A DNA stretch of 64,000 nt from assembly GCA_028534125.1 (NCBI GenBank), contig CM052832.1:10356001-10420000 (forward strand), written 5' to 3'. Shown in pieces: positions 35,324 through 47,341 of this stretch. Position numbers and translations under genes: made by a program. This DNA is from Lama glama (Eukaryota). The notes under the pieces were generated by a model, which made no database searches, was not told the origin of the DNA, and worked only from the letters and a program-made list of their open reading frames with translations. The first letter of the stretch is position 1, and each line of letters opens with the position of its first letter.

Positions 35324-36389
35324 GACTCCAATATCCTTCTTTGTCCACAGATTTGATTGGGTTGGGCTGGCAGAAGAAAGTGCTGAGTTGTAGACCTTGT
35401 GTCCTTGCAAAGATGCAGGCGGCTGTGCCAGCACCTGAGGGCCAGCTGTCTATTGTGGATTGAAGATCCACTCGGTACCAAGCTTTCTGCCCGATGCCAC
35501 AAGTGATAAACAGAAATAGGCAATTGGTCCTTCCCCTCAAAGAGTTTGTGCTCTACTAGGTGCAAGACAAACATGAGACAAGTGTCAAGAGAGTGATGTG
35601 TGGGTAGAATCCTGGGGAGAGTCGCTATGTAGTGGGTTGGTCAAGAAAATCTTCCAGGACAAGAGGGCTTGTGTCATACACTTAAAGAGTGTACCAGTGC
35701 GAGAAAGGAAGGAGGCTCTATTAAAAGCTGGAACTCCATCTCCAAGCACCTTAAATAGACTAGGAGCAGTATATGGACCACAGAATAGAAATAAAGAATT
35801 AAATAAAATTCCATGTAATTATATCACATAGTATGCTCTGGATGATATAATTGTACAGGCAGATGTATCTGGGCAGCAAGATTAAATAACCTTAGGACCT
35901 AGGACATAGAGACCTTTTGGATTACTCATAACTAACCCTTTGTGGCTAACAGTGGCTTAAAATGTTTAATTGGATAAATCACATGTTTTGAAAGTTGCCA
36001 GGTTGTGTGTGTTTCTGAGGCTTTGCAGGTTAATTGCTCTGGTAATTCTGGAACAGGGCTTGCCTCCTCTGATGGTAGATTTAATCTTCAAAGCCTTTCC
36101 CTTACTTTCCTAGGGAAGCTGGGGTTGAGTTAACCCCAGACCATACTCTGTGCTCACTCCTGTTTTTAGAATGAGGTTCACAAGGGTCCCATCCATCAGG
36201 CTTGCTCTCCTGCCTCCCAAACTGGAAGGGACCCCACTTCCTACCAGCGCTGAGAACCCTGGGACAGTACCTAAGGTCTTTTCTGGTCCTTTATCAGGTG
36301 ACTTGGAATCTTGGTGCTGGCTAGTTCCGTACTCATTCCATAGATCACACCAGCAGACCCTAGCTTTACTTGCTTCTGCTCGATTTACA

Positions 36390-36532
36390 TGGTGAATTCA
36401 TAAGAACCTTTGAGAAAGGGGCCGTATTTTTGCCACACTGATGTCCATCACCTCCTTCCGTCCTAGAGCCTCACCCAGGGCTTCGAACATAGTAGGCACT
36501 CAATATGAAGTTTGCTAAAGAAGTGGATGTGT
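36390..36532 (+). mobile_element. L2 3' end
   Basis: 'cctagagcctcacccagggcttcgaacatagtaggcactcaatatgaagtttgct'. Confidence 0.7.
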
Positions 36533-37359
36533 ATATTTAATTCCACCATTAGTGTTTGGAAATTCATTTTACTCCTGGCTGGTAATAATTGCACCAGAAG
36601 TCTGGATCATAGTAAAATAGGTCTTTACCCTCCCCTGGTGTCACCTTTCCATCTCCAGGTGGGCACCTGGAAGCCCTCCCTCCCCTGAGAGCTCTCTCTT
36701 TAATTACTGTTCCCCAGGCCTGGATTTCATTTGTCACCACTCCTTGAATGTGCCCCAGCCAGTCCTTTTTCCCTGGGTCTTTGCCACGCTCTTCAGAATG
36801 GAGTTCCTCAGTGACTGCCAAGGCACTCCTGCTCATACATCCTATGCCATTAGGCTAAAAGACCCACTCGCCACCACTGATGAGTTAAGGAAGGGCACGA
36901 GGTTGACAGGGATAGGCATTTCCATCTTGTCTCAGAAAACAAGTGCAAATCCATGATAAGGGTATTTTATGGAGGTTTATGGTGTTCCCCCCCGGCAAAT
37001 GGCCATCCCTGCAGCAGCCTGTCTCTGATGCCAGAATGTCCATCTTTGGGGATTAAAGCACTGTTTCATGTTAAACTGAAGACCCTTCACCCATCACATT
37101 AAACTCCTATCATATTATCTTAGTGTGAATGAGTTTGTATGGGCTTTCAAGTGTGCAGATGACACTCACCCGGCAGGTAACAGAGTGGATCACTTTTCAG
37201 CCAAACTGTGACACTTGTTAGGGTGAAAGAGGTCACTGTTAATATCTGTGCTGGGATAATGGGCAGACCTGGATGTACACTCACTTTAGTGACATCTGCA
37301 AGACTTCCTGCAGGACAGACATAATGTAACGAGATGGGGAACAATGACATAGGGGTGAG

Positions 37360-37565
37360 AACAATAGGAGATGCTTAGAGACTGTCTTTTTATGTACCAG
37401 GCACTGTGCTAAGTGCTTGTTGGGACTCATTTCATCCTTCCTGTAGTGATTGATGTTATACCCATTACACAGATGTGGAAAGTTGCCAACACTGCATGGC
37501 TGTGCAGAGATGGAGCCAGAATCCAGAGGCAGGCGGGCGGCTGGCTCCTGGGCTAGGATCTTCTG
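37360..37565 (-). mobile_element. MIR SINE
   Basis: 'tatgtaccaggcactgtgctaagtgctt...ctcatttcatcctt...cccattacacagatgtggaaa'. Confidence 0.75.
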
Positions 37566-37811
37566 CACTAAGAGAGGAAGAGATTCAGTGCCGAGGAGGT
37601 TCCAAGAGGGAGGCAAACTTCCATCTGGGAAAACCAGATTGGCTTTCCTGGCAAAGGAAGCATTTAGTTTGCTCTGTAAAGGAGATGAAAGAAGGAGGAC
37701 ATTCTGGTGGCAAAAATGATGGAATTACAGGCATCAAAGCAGTGGGAAAAAAAACTACATGGGCATATTTGGAAACAGAAAGAATTAGGTTTCAGCCAGG
37801 GCATTTTGGAA

Positions 37812-38040
37812 TTATAATAGTTAGCAGTTATTGAGGGCTTACTAAGGATCATGTGTTTTGATCACCAAAGCAACCTTCTGTCATTGCTACTTTTTTTTAT
37901 TCCCATTTGACAGATGAGGAGACTGAGGCTTAGAGATTCAATAATTAGCTGCAGGTCTATCAGCTGGTAAGAAGGGATGCTGGGAAGCCCATCCTGGCAG
38001 TCTGACTCCAAAGGGCACACTCTCAATCCTTATGCTACAC
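37812..38040 (-). mobile_element. MIR SINE
   Basis: 'cccatttgacagatgaggagactgaggcttagaga...ggcagtctgactccaaag'. Confidence 0.85.
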
Positions 38041-41000
38041 CACCTTCTTGTGGGACGGGTAACACAGAATACCTGAAAGGAGGATTCTAACTGGGCTGAG
38101 GAGGACTTAATTTATCATGGCTATGAGACAAGGAAGTAGGGGGGGAAAGGATGAAGGGCTAGCTGTTGATGCTCTGTACCGGGTGAGAAGAATCAAGGAA
38201 GTTCATTTTCATGGGGCTGTGTTGGTTTTTAATTTGTTGGAGGAGAGAATATTGTTCATGGGTGTCCTGCTTCGAATCTAACTCATGAACTCTAGCAATT
38301 TCTCATGAAGCTCACTGTCTGGCTTGAAGTTCCCTTTTACTTAAACAAACGAGATTCTCTAAGCAAGGGATTCAGTACACTAGAATATTAAGCCCCATAG
38401 TTGACTCCATCAGGGGGGTCAGGAAGTGTGATGAACGTGCGCCATTACGGTCTTTAAAATGGCTGGGCATTGGCCATCACCCTCTTCTGTTGAAAATTCT
38501 CATTCCCTCAAAGACTTTTGAAGAGAAACTAGGAAAGGGAAAGGGGGAAAGTCCTTGATGTCTTTTGAATCGGATGGGAAGGACTTCCTTCTTGAGGCTG
38601 CAATTCCTCAGTTCCATTCCTCAGCCAGGCTGAGGAGGTTTTGGGTCAGTTCGCAGATGAGTCAGCAATGAGGAGACTCACTGCCAGGCTCCTCCCATGG
38701 GAGTGTGTTCCTATTTCAGCAAATGCCAGCTCCCCCTGAGGCTGGTACTGCTACTGAAAACCTGGGTGGGTCTTCCCATGCCTGGAGGGCTATGCCATGT
38801 CGGCTTCATATTTGCTGCCACTCTCCTTGGGCACCATGCCTTCGGGACTGGGTCGTGCTCACCTGGCCCAGTGATTAGAGTTCCCAGAAGGCTTGGCAGC
38901 GTCTCAGATCTAATAGCACTTGATTATAAGCTATTACATTCTTTCTCTAGAAATCAACTCTTGGACTAAAAATACTACCTATTCGCTAACATTTGTGATA
39001 CAGCTGTGAGTGAGAGTTAGAGAAATACAAATACACATTGAAGTGCAATCCGTAGTTGTCCATCATTCCAAACATTATCAATTACTGCTCAGTTGTCCTC
39101 TGACTTTCCATTCTGCTTTAAAGAGAAACTTTATCCACTTCTTTTTTTTTCAACAATTAGTTAATAAATGCCTCCTGTGGGGTCGGTGTTGGAAAGGCAT
39201 CCTGCCCTCATGGAGCTTGTAGTCAGAGGCGGGTGAGGCATGACGTGAGCAATCACACAGGCAACAAATAAAAACCGTGAGAAAGCCTTTGAGGAGAAGC
39301 AAAGTGGCTGAGGCATCCAGACCTTCCAGCTTGCATGCACGGTCTGAGTAAACGTGCCCACCTAAGTTTTTTCCTCTATAAAACTTCAGGTTTTATACCA
39401 TCATATCTGAAAGGCCATTTCTAGTGTGATTATAACTCTCAGCGTTTGCGGCACATCTTTTCACTGGGTTGACTTATTTGCCCCGAATGTGTGATAAATT
39501 CCAGGCTAATTCCTGGAGCATTTCAGGAGATGTTTTGTGACGAACCCAGAGAGACTGAGCTAGAGAATCCTTTATTCCTCAACCTGCTGCTGAAGCAGCT
39601 GTGAGAGGCAGAAACGAGCCCCACCAGCAGCTGATACCACCGCTCCCAGAGGCGGCAGCTGCGGTGAACAGGCTCATCTGCCTGCATTTCCCCATAAATT
39701 GGACTTAGTAAGGAAGGGGTAATGGGTTTCTTCCCCTTAACATTGAAAGGATGCCACATGTGGTAAAGCGTGGCATTTCTCTCTACGCCGAGGAACATCT
39801 GAGTCCCAGGTCGTTGTTCCATTGCTGCCCTCCCATCCCAGATTCTGAGCCAGTCCAACAGAGCTCAAGCACAGGCTCAGCTGGAATCCTGTGACTTCCA
39901 AATTTTATAATTTCCAACTCCTTTACCTCAAGTCTCACTGATTTCCATGAATTTGGCTTTAAACAGAGACTCAACAGGAAAGAGGGGAGCAAGTCACAGA
40001 TTTACCACCACTTTGCACTGGGACATGAAATACTAGAACAATGGCCTTTCCTTATCCTTTTCAGCTGGCATTACTCTCTTTGGTAAAAATAGAGGAATGG
40101 AAGGAGGGATCCTGTGTGTTCCTGAACGTGACTGGTCTACCAGGTTCTGGCAGCCTGGTCCAGAGGTGGCTTCTAGGTACCATGATTTCCCCTCTGCATC
40201 CTGCAAAAAAAATGGCTTACATACTTGATCAGAATCTCAGAGTTCCTACCCCACACCAGGCACTGTTCACCGTGCTCAGGATGCAGAGATAAAAAGGGCC
40301 CTGTCTCTGCCCTCAGGGTGCTCGCAGTGTAGCAGAGACTACACTGGATGTATTTTAGAGTCTGTCTGTAGTTGCTGAAGCTTGGGGATTGGTATGGGGA
40401 AGATGGATCCTTCCTCCACTGTGAAGGAGGGTCTAGTGGAAGTTGATCAGAGTTTCTGCAGGTGAAGACTGAGGATGAACTGTGGCGTTGGGTGAGTGCA
40501 GGACACAATGGAGGACTGGGGTTGGTCACGTGTGCAGCTGCAGGGTGAGCACAGGTACCAAGAGGCACCCTCCCGTGGGTGAGGATTGCCTAGGGTGGGA
40601 GGTAACCAGATACAGGTGGTCAGGCCCCTAGCCAGCTGTGAGATATCACAAGGGGGCCCTGACCCTGCAAAAGGGTGTTGAGAACCCAGGTGAGGAGCCT
40701 ACAGGAGGCTGGGCAGCTTCTGGAGAGCAATCTTGGATGGAAGCTGGGTATCTGGTGATCTAGGGGACACAGGTTTCTCCAGTGCATGTGACTTGATGAC
40801 CTCAGGCTCCCCAGACTTCTCCTTGGCACCCACCTTCTGAGGAGGCTGGCAGCATAGGCTGTGGCTGCTGCTCACAGGTTAGCTTGGCCAGATGGGACTT
40901 ACGGTCTGGGCTTGGCTTGGGTGTTGTATGTGTGATCTGAGGGGCATTTGGGGATCCGTGGGAGACAAGAGGCAGGGGAGCAAGGCCTATGAGTAGTAGT

Positions 41001-41166
41001 CTCTCTAGCTTTGCAGGGTCTTCCTGGGGAGCACCAGTGTCTGATGGCTCCCCTGTCTCCATGGCAGCAGGGAGCCCCCAGGCCATACACTAGCCCTGCT
41101 GGCTCTCCACCTGTCTCTCTCCCCTGTCACCACTGCCTGCTCGCCATTTTCCATCCACTTAGCTGG

Positions 41167-41747
41167 CGTGGGAGGAAGAATTCTATGATCGCCGCCATGC
41201 TCTCTGCCCCTGGTGGTGTTCCCATGATTGTATTACGCTATATGGCAAAAGGGCTTTTGCAGATGTAGTCAAGGTTTTGGTCAGTTGACTCCAGAACAGA
41301 GATCACCTAGGGTGGGCCTAGCATAATCACATGAGCCCTTTCAGATCAGAGGGTTTTCTCTGACTGGTTGCAAAGGGGAGGTTAGAGAGATTTGAGGCAC
41401 TTGAAAGATTTCAGGTGCTGTTTCTGGGTTTGGAGATGAAGGGGCCATGTGGAGAGGACTTGAGTGGGGCCTCTAGGAGCTGAGAACAATCCCTGCTTGA
41501 CAGCAGCAAGGAAATGAGGTCCTCAGCCCTGCAGCTGCAAGGAACCCAATCCTTTCTACAGCCTTGGAAGTGTATTCTTCCCCTAAGCTCCAGAGAAGAG
41601 CCCAACCTGGCCAGCACCTTGGCTTCGGCTCTGTGAGACCCTGAGCAGAGAACCCGCCCAAGCCGTCTGACTTCTGACCTAAGGAAACCATGGCATAATG
41701 AACAGGTGCTGTTTTAAGCTTTCACATTTGTGGTCATTTGCAGCATA
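41167..41747 (+). mobile_element. MaLR solo LTR (MLT1E-like)
   Basis: 'tatggcaaaagggcttttgcagatgta...ggcctctaggagctgaga...cagcaaggaaatgaggtcctcagccct...tgtgagaccctgagcagagaacc...gacttctgaccta...tgttttaagc'. Confidence 0.9.
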
Positions 41748-42119
41748 AGGGCCAGAACAGCCCAGAAGCGGGAAACCAGGCCTCGTCCCTCCGCTGACAC
41801 CCCTACCCCAAACCCTCAGGGTCTCAGGGTCCTCATGTGAGGTGGGGGGCTGACTGGATGATTTATCGTTTCTCTTCCACTTCCTGCCTCTTCAGTGCAA
41901 CCTTTAGGATTCAATCACCCCAAATGTCATCCAGTTCCAGGCCCCTTGTGGGCTTTCTGGGGCTCAAGGTGGGCAGGCTGGGCTGTCTCTGCATCTTTTC
42001 TGTTTGCTCTCTCCCTCCTGTGCTGGGTCCCTCTTCTCAGCCTTTCTCCAGAGTCTATCAGGAGCTATTATTGCTTTGCCAGTTCAGGCCTGGGCAGCAG
42101 GTTTTTTTTTTACACATCC

Positions 42120-42490
42120 TCCCTCTGGAGGGAGTGACCTCCATCACCAGCTTCTCTTTCGTTGCTGCTGCTCCTAACTCCGACTCAGACCCCACCCGGA
42201 CGTGGCTCCTCGGTGTCCAGGTCATGATGCCTCTGCCCTGTTGCATTCTGGGCACCCCTTCAAGCCCAGGATCCACCTGCCCCTCTCTGGTCTGTACAGT
42301 CTCTGCCCCCAGATTAGCCCCTCTGTCCCTCTCCTGGCCTGCCTCTTCCTGCTTAACTGTCTGGCATGGCGACCTTCTGATACTGTGCAACATACCCCTT
42401 GGATTTCTCCCTTGCTTCTACAGTGAGATCAGAGGGTGCCACCGAACCAGAGGCCAGCACAGGGTAGCTCAGCCTCACCTGTGCTGAGAT
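42120..42490 (+). mobile_element. L2 fragment(s)
   Basis: 'cccttcaagcccagg...tctctgcccccagattag...ttctacagtgagatcagaggg'. Confidence 0.45.
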
Positions 42491-42989
42491 AGATCATGGC
42501 TGCAAGCTCCCAGCACATGGGGCCCTAGCTGGCAGGAATATTTTGTTTGGGAGTGGTTTGTGACTGCATGTTTCCAAACAGAGGGAAGGCCAGGGCCCCC
42601 ATGTGGGTCTGTGAGGAGTCAGCAGTCTTCCCCCTTGTCAGAGTTCTCCTCCTGAGCTGAACCCTTATCTGGCATCCACAGGCAACCTGGTCCCTACAGT
42701 GGAAGTCTTCAGGTCTCAACAAGGTGTCCAAGGCCATCTGTGGCTCTATGTTATCTCCACCCCAACATGAGGTGTACTCTGGGGATTATGCCAACTTTAA
42801 AGTTGTATCACTCTGGATTAAGCTCAGGCATTATCAGTCTTTACGAGTTCACTGTTAAATATACGGAGCTAATTTTCCATTATTGTCTCCTCCAAGGGAA
42901 GTGGCTTATCAGCTTCTCAGTTCCTTTCCAGCTATAGAATGGGAAATGAAAACGAAAGTTTTAAGAGAAGACTATGGAGACATGAGTCC

Positions 42990-43585
42990 CAGAACCCTGG
43001 GACTCCGAGGGACCCTGAGGGTCATGTGGTTCAGCCTTCCATTTGGGCCAGCCTCTGGGTTGGGTGGTGGTTCCAGTCTCTCGTGGAATGATTCCAGTGA
43101 CCATGGATTCACTACCCATCAATGGAAGTGGCCCATCTTCAGACACTCAAATAGACATGTCCTCCTCATGAGGAGTCGATGTCTCTCCCTGTAGCTTCCA
43201 CACTTGGTAGAGTGCTACCCCTTGAGACCTCACAGACCTTGTCCTTCACATTCATTCACTCAGCAAACTGACTGAATGCCTGTTAAGGAGTGGGGTTTTG
43301 GAGAGTACTAAGACAGGCCCAGCATCAGCACCAAAGGTGGAGCCTCGATCTTTGAGGAGGGCAGTCAGCCCTTCCCCAACCCCCTCTTCTCTGATGGGGC
43401 AACCCTGAGCCTCTCAGGGTCTTCACTGGACATTTTTGGGAGTCCCTTCAAAGAGCGACTCATCATGGTGGTTCTTTTCTAGACCTGCCCAGTCAGAAAC
43501 TCCCCCTTCTTCTCTCTACTTCCAGGCCTTCTAGAACTGAAGGTGATCCTCCAAGGGGCTCTGCCCAGCATGGAGAAGAGTGGGC
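42990..43585 (-). mobile_element. L3/CR1 3' region with a nested L2 tail (~43250-43360)
   Basis: 'gagggaccctgagggtcatgtggttcagcc...ttccagtgaccatggattcactacc...ctccctgtagcttccacacttgg...ccttgagacc' and 'agaactgaaggtgatcctccaagggg'. Confidence 0.7.
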
Positions 43586-43649
43586 TCATGTGAGATGCTC
43601 TGCTGATGTCCACACAGTCAAGACTGTAGGAACATCACAGGCAGCCACA

Positions 43650-43825
43650 AAAGCCTCTCTGTGCCTCAGAACCTTCATTTATGAAATGGGAATAATGGTA
43701 GTCCCCACTTCATAGGGATGCTTGAAGATGAAATGAGTTAACATATGTAAGTGCACAGCACAGTGCCTGCATACAGCAAACACTCAAGTGTTGTTATCAC
43801 CACCATCACCATCATCATCCTATTA
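43650..43825 (+). mobile_element. MIR 3' half
   Basis: 'gcctctctgtgcctcag...atgaaatgggaataatggtagt...catagggatg...aaatgagttaacatatgtaagtgcacagcacagtgcctg'. Confidence 0.88.
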
Positions 43826-43899
43826 GCCACGCCTTTGGAGCTGATGGAAAATGAAACCCTTATATTTCCCCCTGGCCCCTGGCTCCCATCTGGTCTGTT

Positions 43900-44120
43900 G
43901 AGATAATAAAAACAGCTTCCCTCTATTGAGCACTGCACATTTGTCACACTTCATCATCTCACATCCGCACAGCATCCCTGGGACGTAGGTATTATCATCT
44001 CCATTTTACAGACTAGGCACTTGGGACTTTGAGAGGTGTAAGTGGCTCAAGGCTACAGAGCTGGTGAATACCAGAGCCCAGGATACAGGCCCAGATCTAG
44101 ATGTTTCTGTGCTATTACCT
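43900..44120 (-). mobile_element. MIR SINE
   Basis: 'gtaggtattatcatctccattttacagactagg...gagaggt...caaggctacagagctggtgaat'. Confidence 0.8.
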
Positions 44121-44364
44121 GTCTCCTGGATGCCAGAGTCAGTTCCTGTCACCAACACATGTACCCTGTCCCCAGCTGTAAGTCACCCACAGATGGTGGG
44201 CTCAGTGAGTCTCCTACATTCTTGCTCAGGTCTCTGACTAAAGTTTTGAAGTCCCACTGGGCTCCAGATTCCACCTGGTAAGGACAGGTCTGAATAGGCT
44301 GTGTAGAAAGGGTTTGGGGATTGCGAATCATTGAGTGGCAGAAGCCACAGATGAGGGGAGGGGA

Positions 44365-44560
44365 GGCACTCAGGACTGGACTATAAAGCCAGACTGCCTG
44401 GGGTCAGGACCACCACCCACTAACTGTGACCTCTCGATCTCACTTTAGCGGTAAAATAGAGAATTGAAAAATGAGACCTACTTTATTGGCTTCTTGTGAG
44501 AATTAAGTGAGATAAATTTTATAGTTTTTGCTGCAGAGCTCAATCTATTATTATTTCTAT
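44365..44560 (+). mobile_element. MIR SINE
   Basis: 'ggactataaagccagactgcctggg...ccactaactgtgacct...ttgtgagaattaagtgagataa'. Confidence 0.7.
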
Positions 44561-44869
44561 AGTTTCTGAAGCATGGTCAGCGCCTGCTCCTCCTTCATCG
44601 AAGGCAGAGCTAAGGGACAGACTGGCAGCTGAGGGAGAGTGGGGACTGGAAGCAGAACCCATCCTCTCCCTTCTCCTTCCCAGCTCTCACCCACTCAGAC
44701 CCAGCTCCAAGCTCCCATCCCTGCTCCTCCAAACCCTGGTCAGGCCAGGGCGCCTCATTTCCTGAGCACACGCATCTCAGAAATGTCACACGCGTTGCCA
44801 AGAAACCACCTTCCCTGTCTATTTTAAAACCTTGTCAAGCTTTCTGTTTAATGTTTTAAAAGGATGTGT

Positions 44870-45080
44870 TCTAAAGAGGGACATGGTTAAGTAAATTATG
44901 GCACATCAACTTGATGGGATATTAAGCAGCCATTAAAGTGATAATTATGAGGATTGTGTAGCAAAATGGAAAATGCTTACAGATTAATGTGAAATGGAAA
45001 AACAGGATAAAAAATCGGATCATACCATAGTCACAAGAATCAAAACTGCATCCCTGTGAACAAACACAGGAAAATAGTAG
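44870..45080 (+). mobile_element. Old L1 (L1ME4-like) ORF2 C-terminus/3' UTR fragment
   Basis: 'tggttaagtaaattatggcacatcaacttgatgggatattaagcagccattaaa' corresponds to the L1 ORF2 end W..KLWYIH..EYY.AIK. Confidence 0.75.
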
Positions 45081-45119
45081 CATCCCTTGCCCTTCTTTTA
45101 TTGCTGTTTCCCCTTCCTC

Positions 45120-45480
45120 TCACCTTCCCTCCCTCCTTCCTTTCTTCCTTGTCTTTCCTTTCATTTAACAGTAGTTTACTGAGCTCTTACTCTGTGCAGA
45201 CACTATGCCCATTACCCTATTGAGAGGGGTGAAAAGACAGTTTCTGCCCTCAAGAAGTCTAACCAGAGGGATAAATCTGAAAACAAATAATCTTGACAGG
45301 TCAGAATAATAAATAATTCAATGTGACAAGGAAAGTAATTAACTCTGCTTAGGAGATTCGACAAGGAATCAAGCTTCCTTAATTGGTAACCCCCTAGTTG
45401 AATTGGAAGGCTTTCAGTTGGAGGGGAAGAGGGTTCCAGATGGAGGGAACAGGATGTACAAAGGCGTGGAGACGTGGGAG
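45120..45480 (-). mobile_element. L2 3' region
   Basis: 'ttcatttaacagtagtttactgagctcttactctgtgcagacact...tctgccctcaagaag...ttccagatggagggaacaggatgtacaaaggcgtggag'. Confidence 0.75.
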
Positions 45481-45789
45481 AACGGGGCTCACGCCTCTTT
45501 GGACCTGTGGCTCATTGACTCTGGGTTCTGTGTCTAACAGGGAAGTGAAGGGACTGAATTCCACCTGCGTTACTCCACAGGTCAGGGGCGCCTCAACCCC
45601 ATAACTATATTTAGGACCCCATCATAGCCTTGGCATGCAGGAATTTAACAAAACCATGTGAATCCACCTGATAGTTTCATAGGCTCTGTGGATGCGAGAA
45701 GCTACACAGAGCACCTAGCCCCCCTGGTCGTCCCCATCACCCAGGAAGCTAGTTGGAAATAGAAGTTTGCCTTTGTTCAGGATGTCTGG

Positions 45790-45925
45790 ACATTACCAAT
45801 CAGGTTCAGCACCCACATTTTAGGAGTGAGGAAACTGTGAGCCCAAAGAGGCAAAATCGGTGATTTATTCAGTCACCTAGCACGCTACTGCTGGCTTAAA
45901 GTCAGTTCTTCTGACTCCAGAGTCA
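45790..45925 (-). mobile_element. MIR3/MIR fragment
   Basis: 'cacattttaggagtgaggaaactgtgagcccaaagagg...ttcttctgactccaga'. Confidence 0.6.
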
Positions 45926-46841
45926 GTGCTTTTTGCTGCACCTGTATTGCGCTTCCAGCCAAGAAGAGCCTAACCTTTCCCCTTCCCTGAGCCGGCACTT
46001 CCCTGTTTGCTCTGTTCTTACCTCCACTTTGAGGGTATGCAGCCCTTCCCTAACACTGTAAGATGTCGTGGACAAGCCCTCCTCCTCACTTACGACCTTC
46101 ATGGTTCCATCCTCCCCAGCTTCCATCTTTCTAGGCAGTCCAATGCCCGACCCCCTCCGTCTGCTCTGGGTCTCAGGGTCACATGACCCTTCCCTTTTCC
46201 ACCTCTAACTCTTTCCTGCTCACTTGAGAAACCGGATTGATCTAAGGCATTCTGGCTAGAGTAAGGAAAAGTGGCAAACTGGAAAAGGATCAAGGGTTCC
46301 CCTCCTCCGTCCATAAACCAGCTTAGAAGTTACCAAGACAGAATCCTGAATCTGCATCACAGCCTCTTCATCTGGCAATGGTGGGGCACTAGTAGTGTTT
46401 GAACCCAATGACCTCCGGTCCCACCAGGCCTGGCAGTCCTGTAACTAAGTTTCTGAGAGAGTGCACATGGAGTGACGAGAACTAGCTTCTGCAGGTGACC
46501 CTGCCTTCTTCAGTGCTGACCCACATGCTTGTGGAGGGGGTCACACAACAGACCCGGGGGCATGATGTGGGCCAACACTGGAATGCCATGATGGAAACTG
46601 AGCTATGAAGCAGATGAACCACAAAGAGTCTTTGGGTTGTTTGCCACTTGTTTTTCTGTTTTTCCACCTATAAATATGTTCCCTTGCTTTGGCATTTATG
46701 TGGTTTCAGATGCTGTTATCTTGTCAACCTTGCTCTAAGCATTGACATTATCCCTTAATTACACAATTACTGTGTTATGTATTGTAGACCTAGTAATAAA
46801 ATATTTGAAGTGTTCAAGCACAGACTGGAGTTTTAAAAATA

Positions 46842-47341
46842 NNNNNNNNNNNNNNNNNNNNNNNNNNNNNNNNNNNNNNNNNNNNNNNNNNNNNNNNNNN
46901 NNNNNNNNNNNNNNNNNNNNNNNNNNNNNNNNNNNNNNNNNNNNNNNNNNNNNNNNNNNNNNNNNNNNNNNNNNNNNNNNNNNNNNNNNNNNNNNNNNNN
47001 NNNNNNNNNNNNNNNNNNNNNNNNNNNNNNNNNNNNNNNNNNNNNNNNNNNNNNNNNNNNNNNNNNNNNNNNNNNNNNNNNNNNNNNNNNNNNNNNNNNN
47101 NNNNNNNNNNNNNNNNNNNNNNNNNNNNNNNNNNNNNNNNNNNNNNNNNNNNNNNNNNNNNNNNNNNNNNNNNNNNNNNNNNNNNNNNNNNNNNNNNNNN
47201 NNNNNNNNNNNNNNNNNNNNNNNNNNNNNNNNNNNNNNNNNNNNNNNNNNNNNNNNNNNNNNNNNNNNNNNNNNNNNNNNNNNNNNNNNNNNNNNNNNNN
47301 NNNNNNNNNNNNNNNNNNNNNNNNNNNNNNNNNNNNNNNNN
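46842..47341. other. Assembly gap, exactly 500 N
   Basis: Read directly. Confidence 0.99.

Noticed and set aside
41837..42487. 216-aa ORF
   Set aside because: Low-complexity Leu/Ser/Pro-rich translation overlapping L2-like sequence, non-ATG start, no domain similarity
43650..44120. Inverted MIR pair as a dsRNA source
   Set aside because: Copies are too diverged for extended pairing, and such pairs are expected by chance at this MIR density
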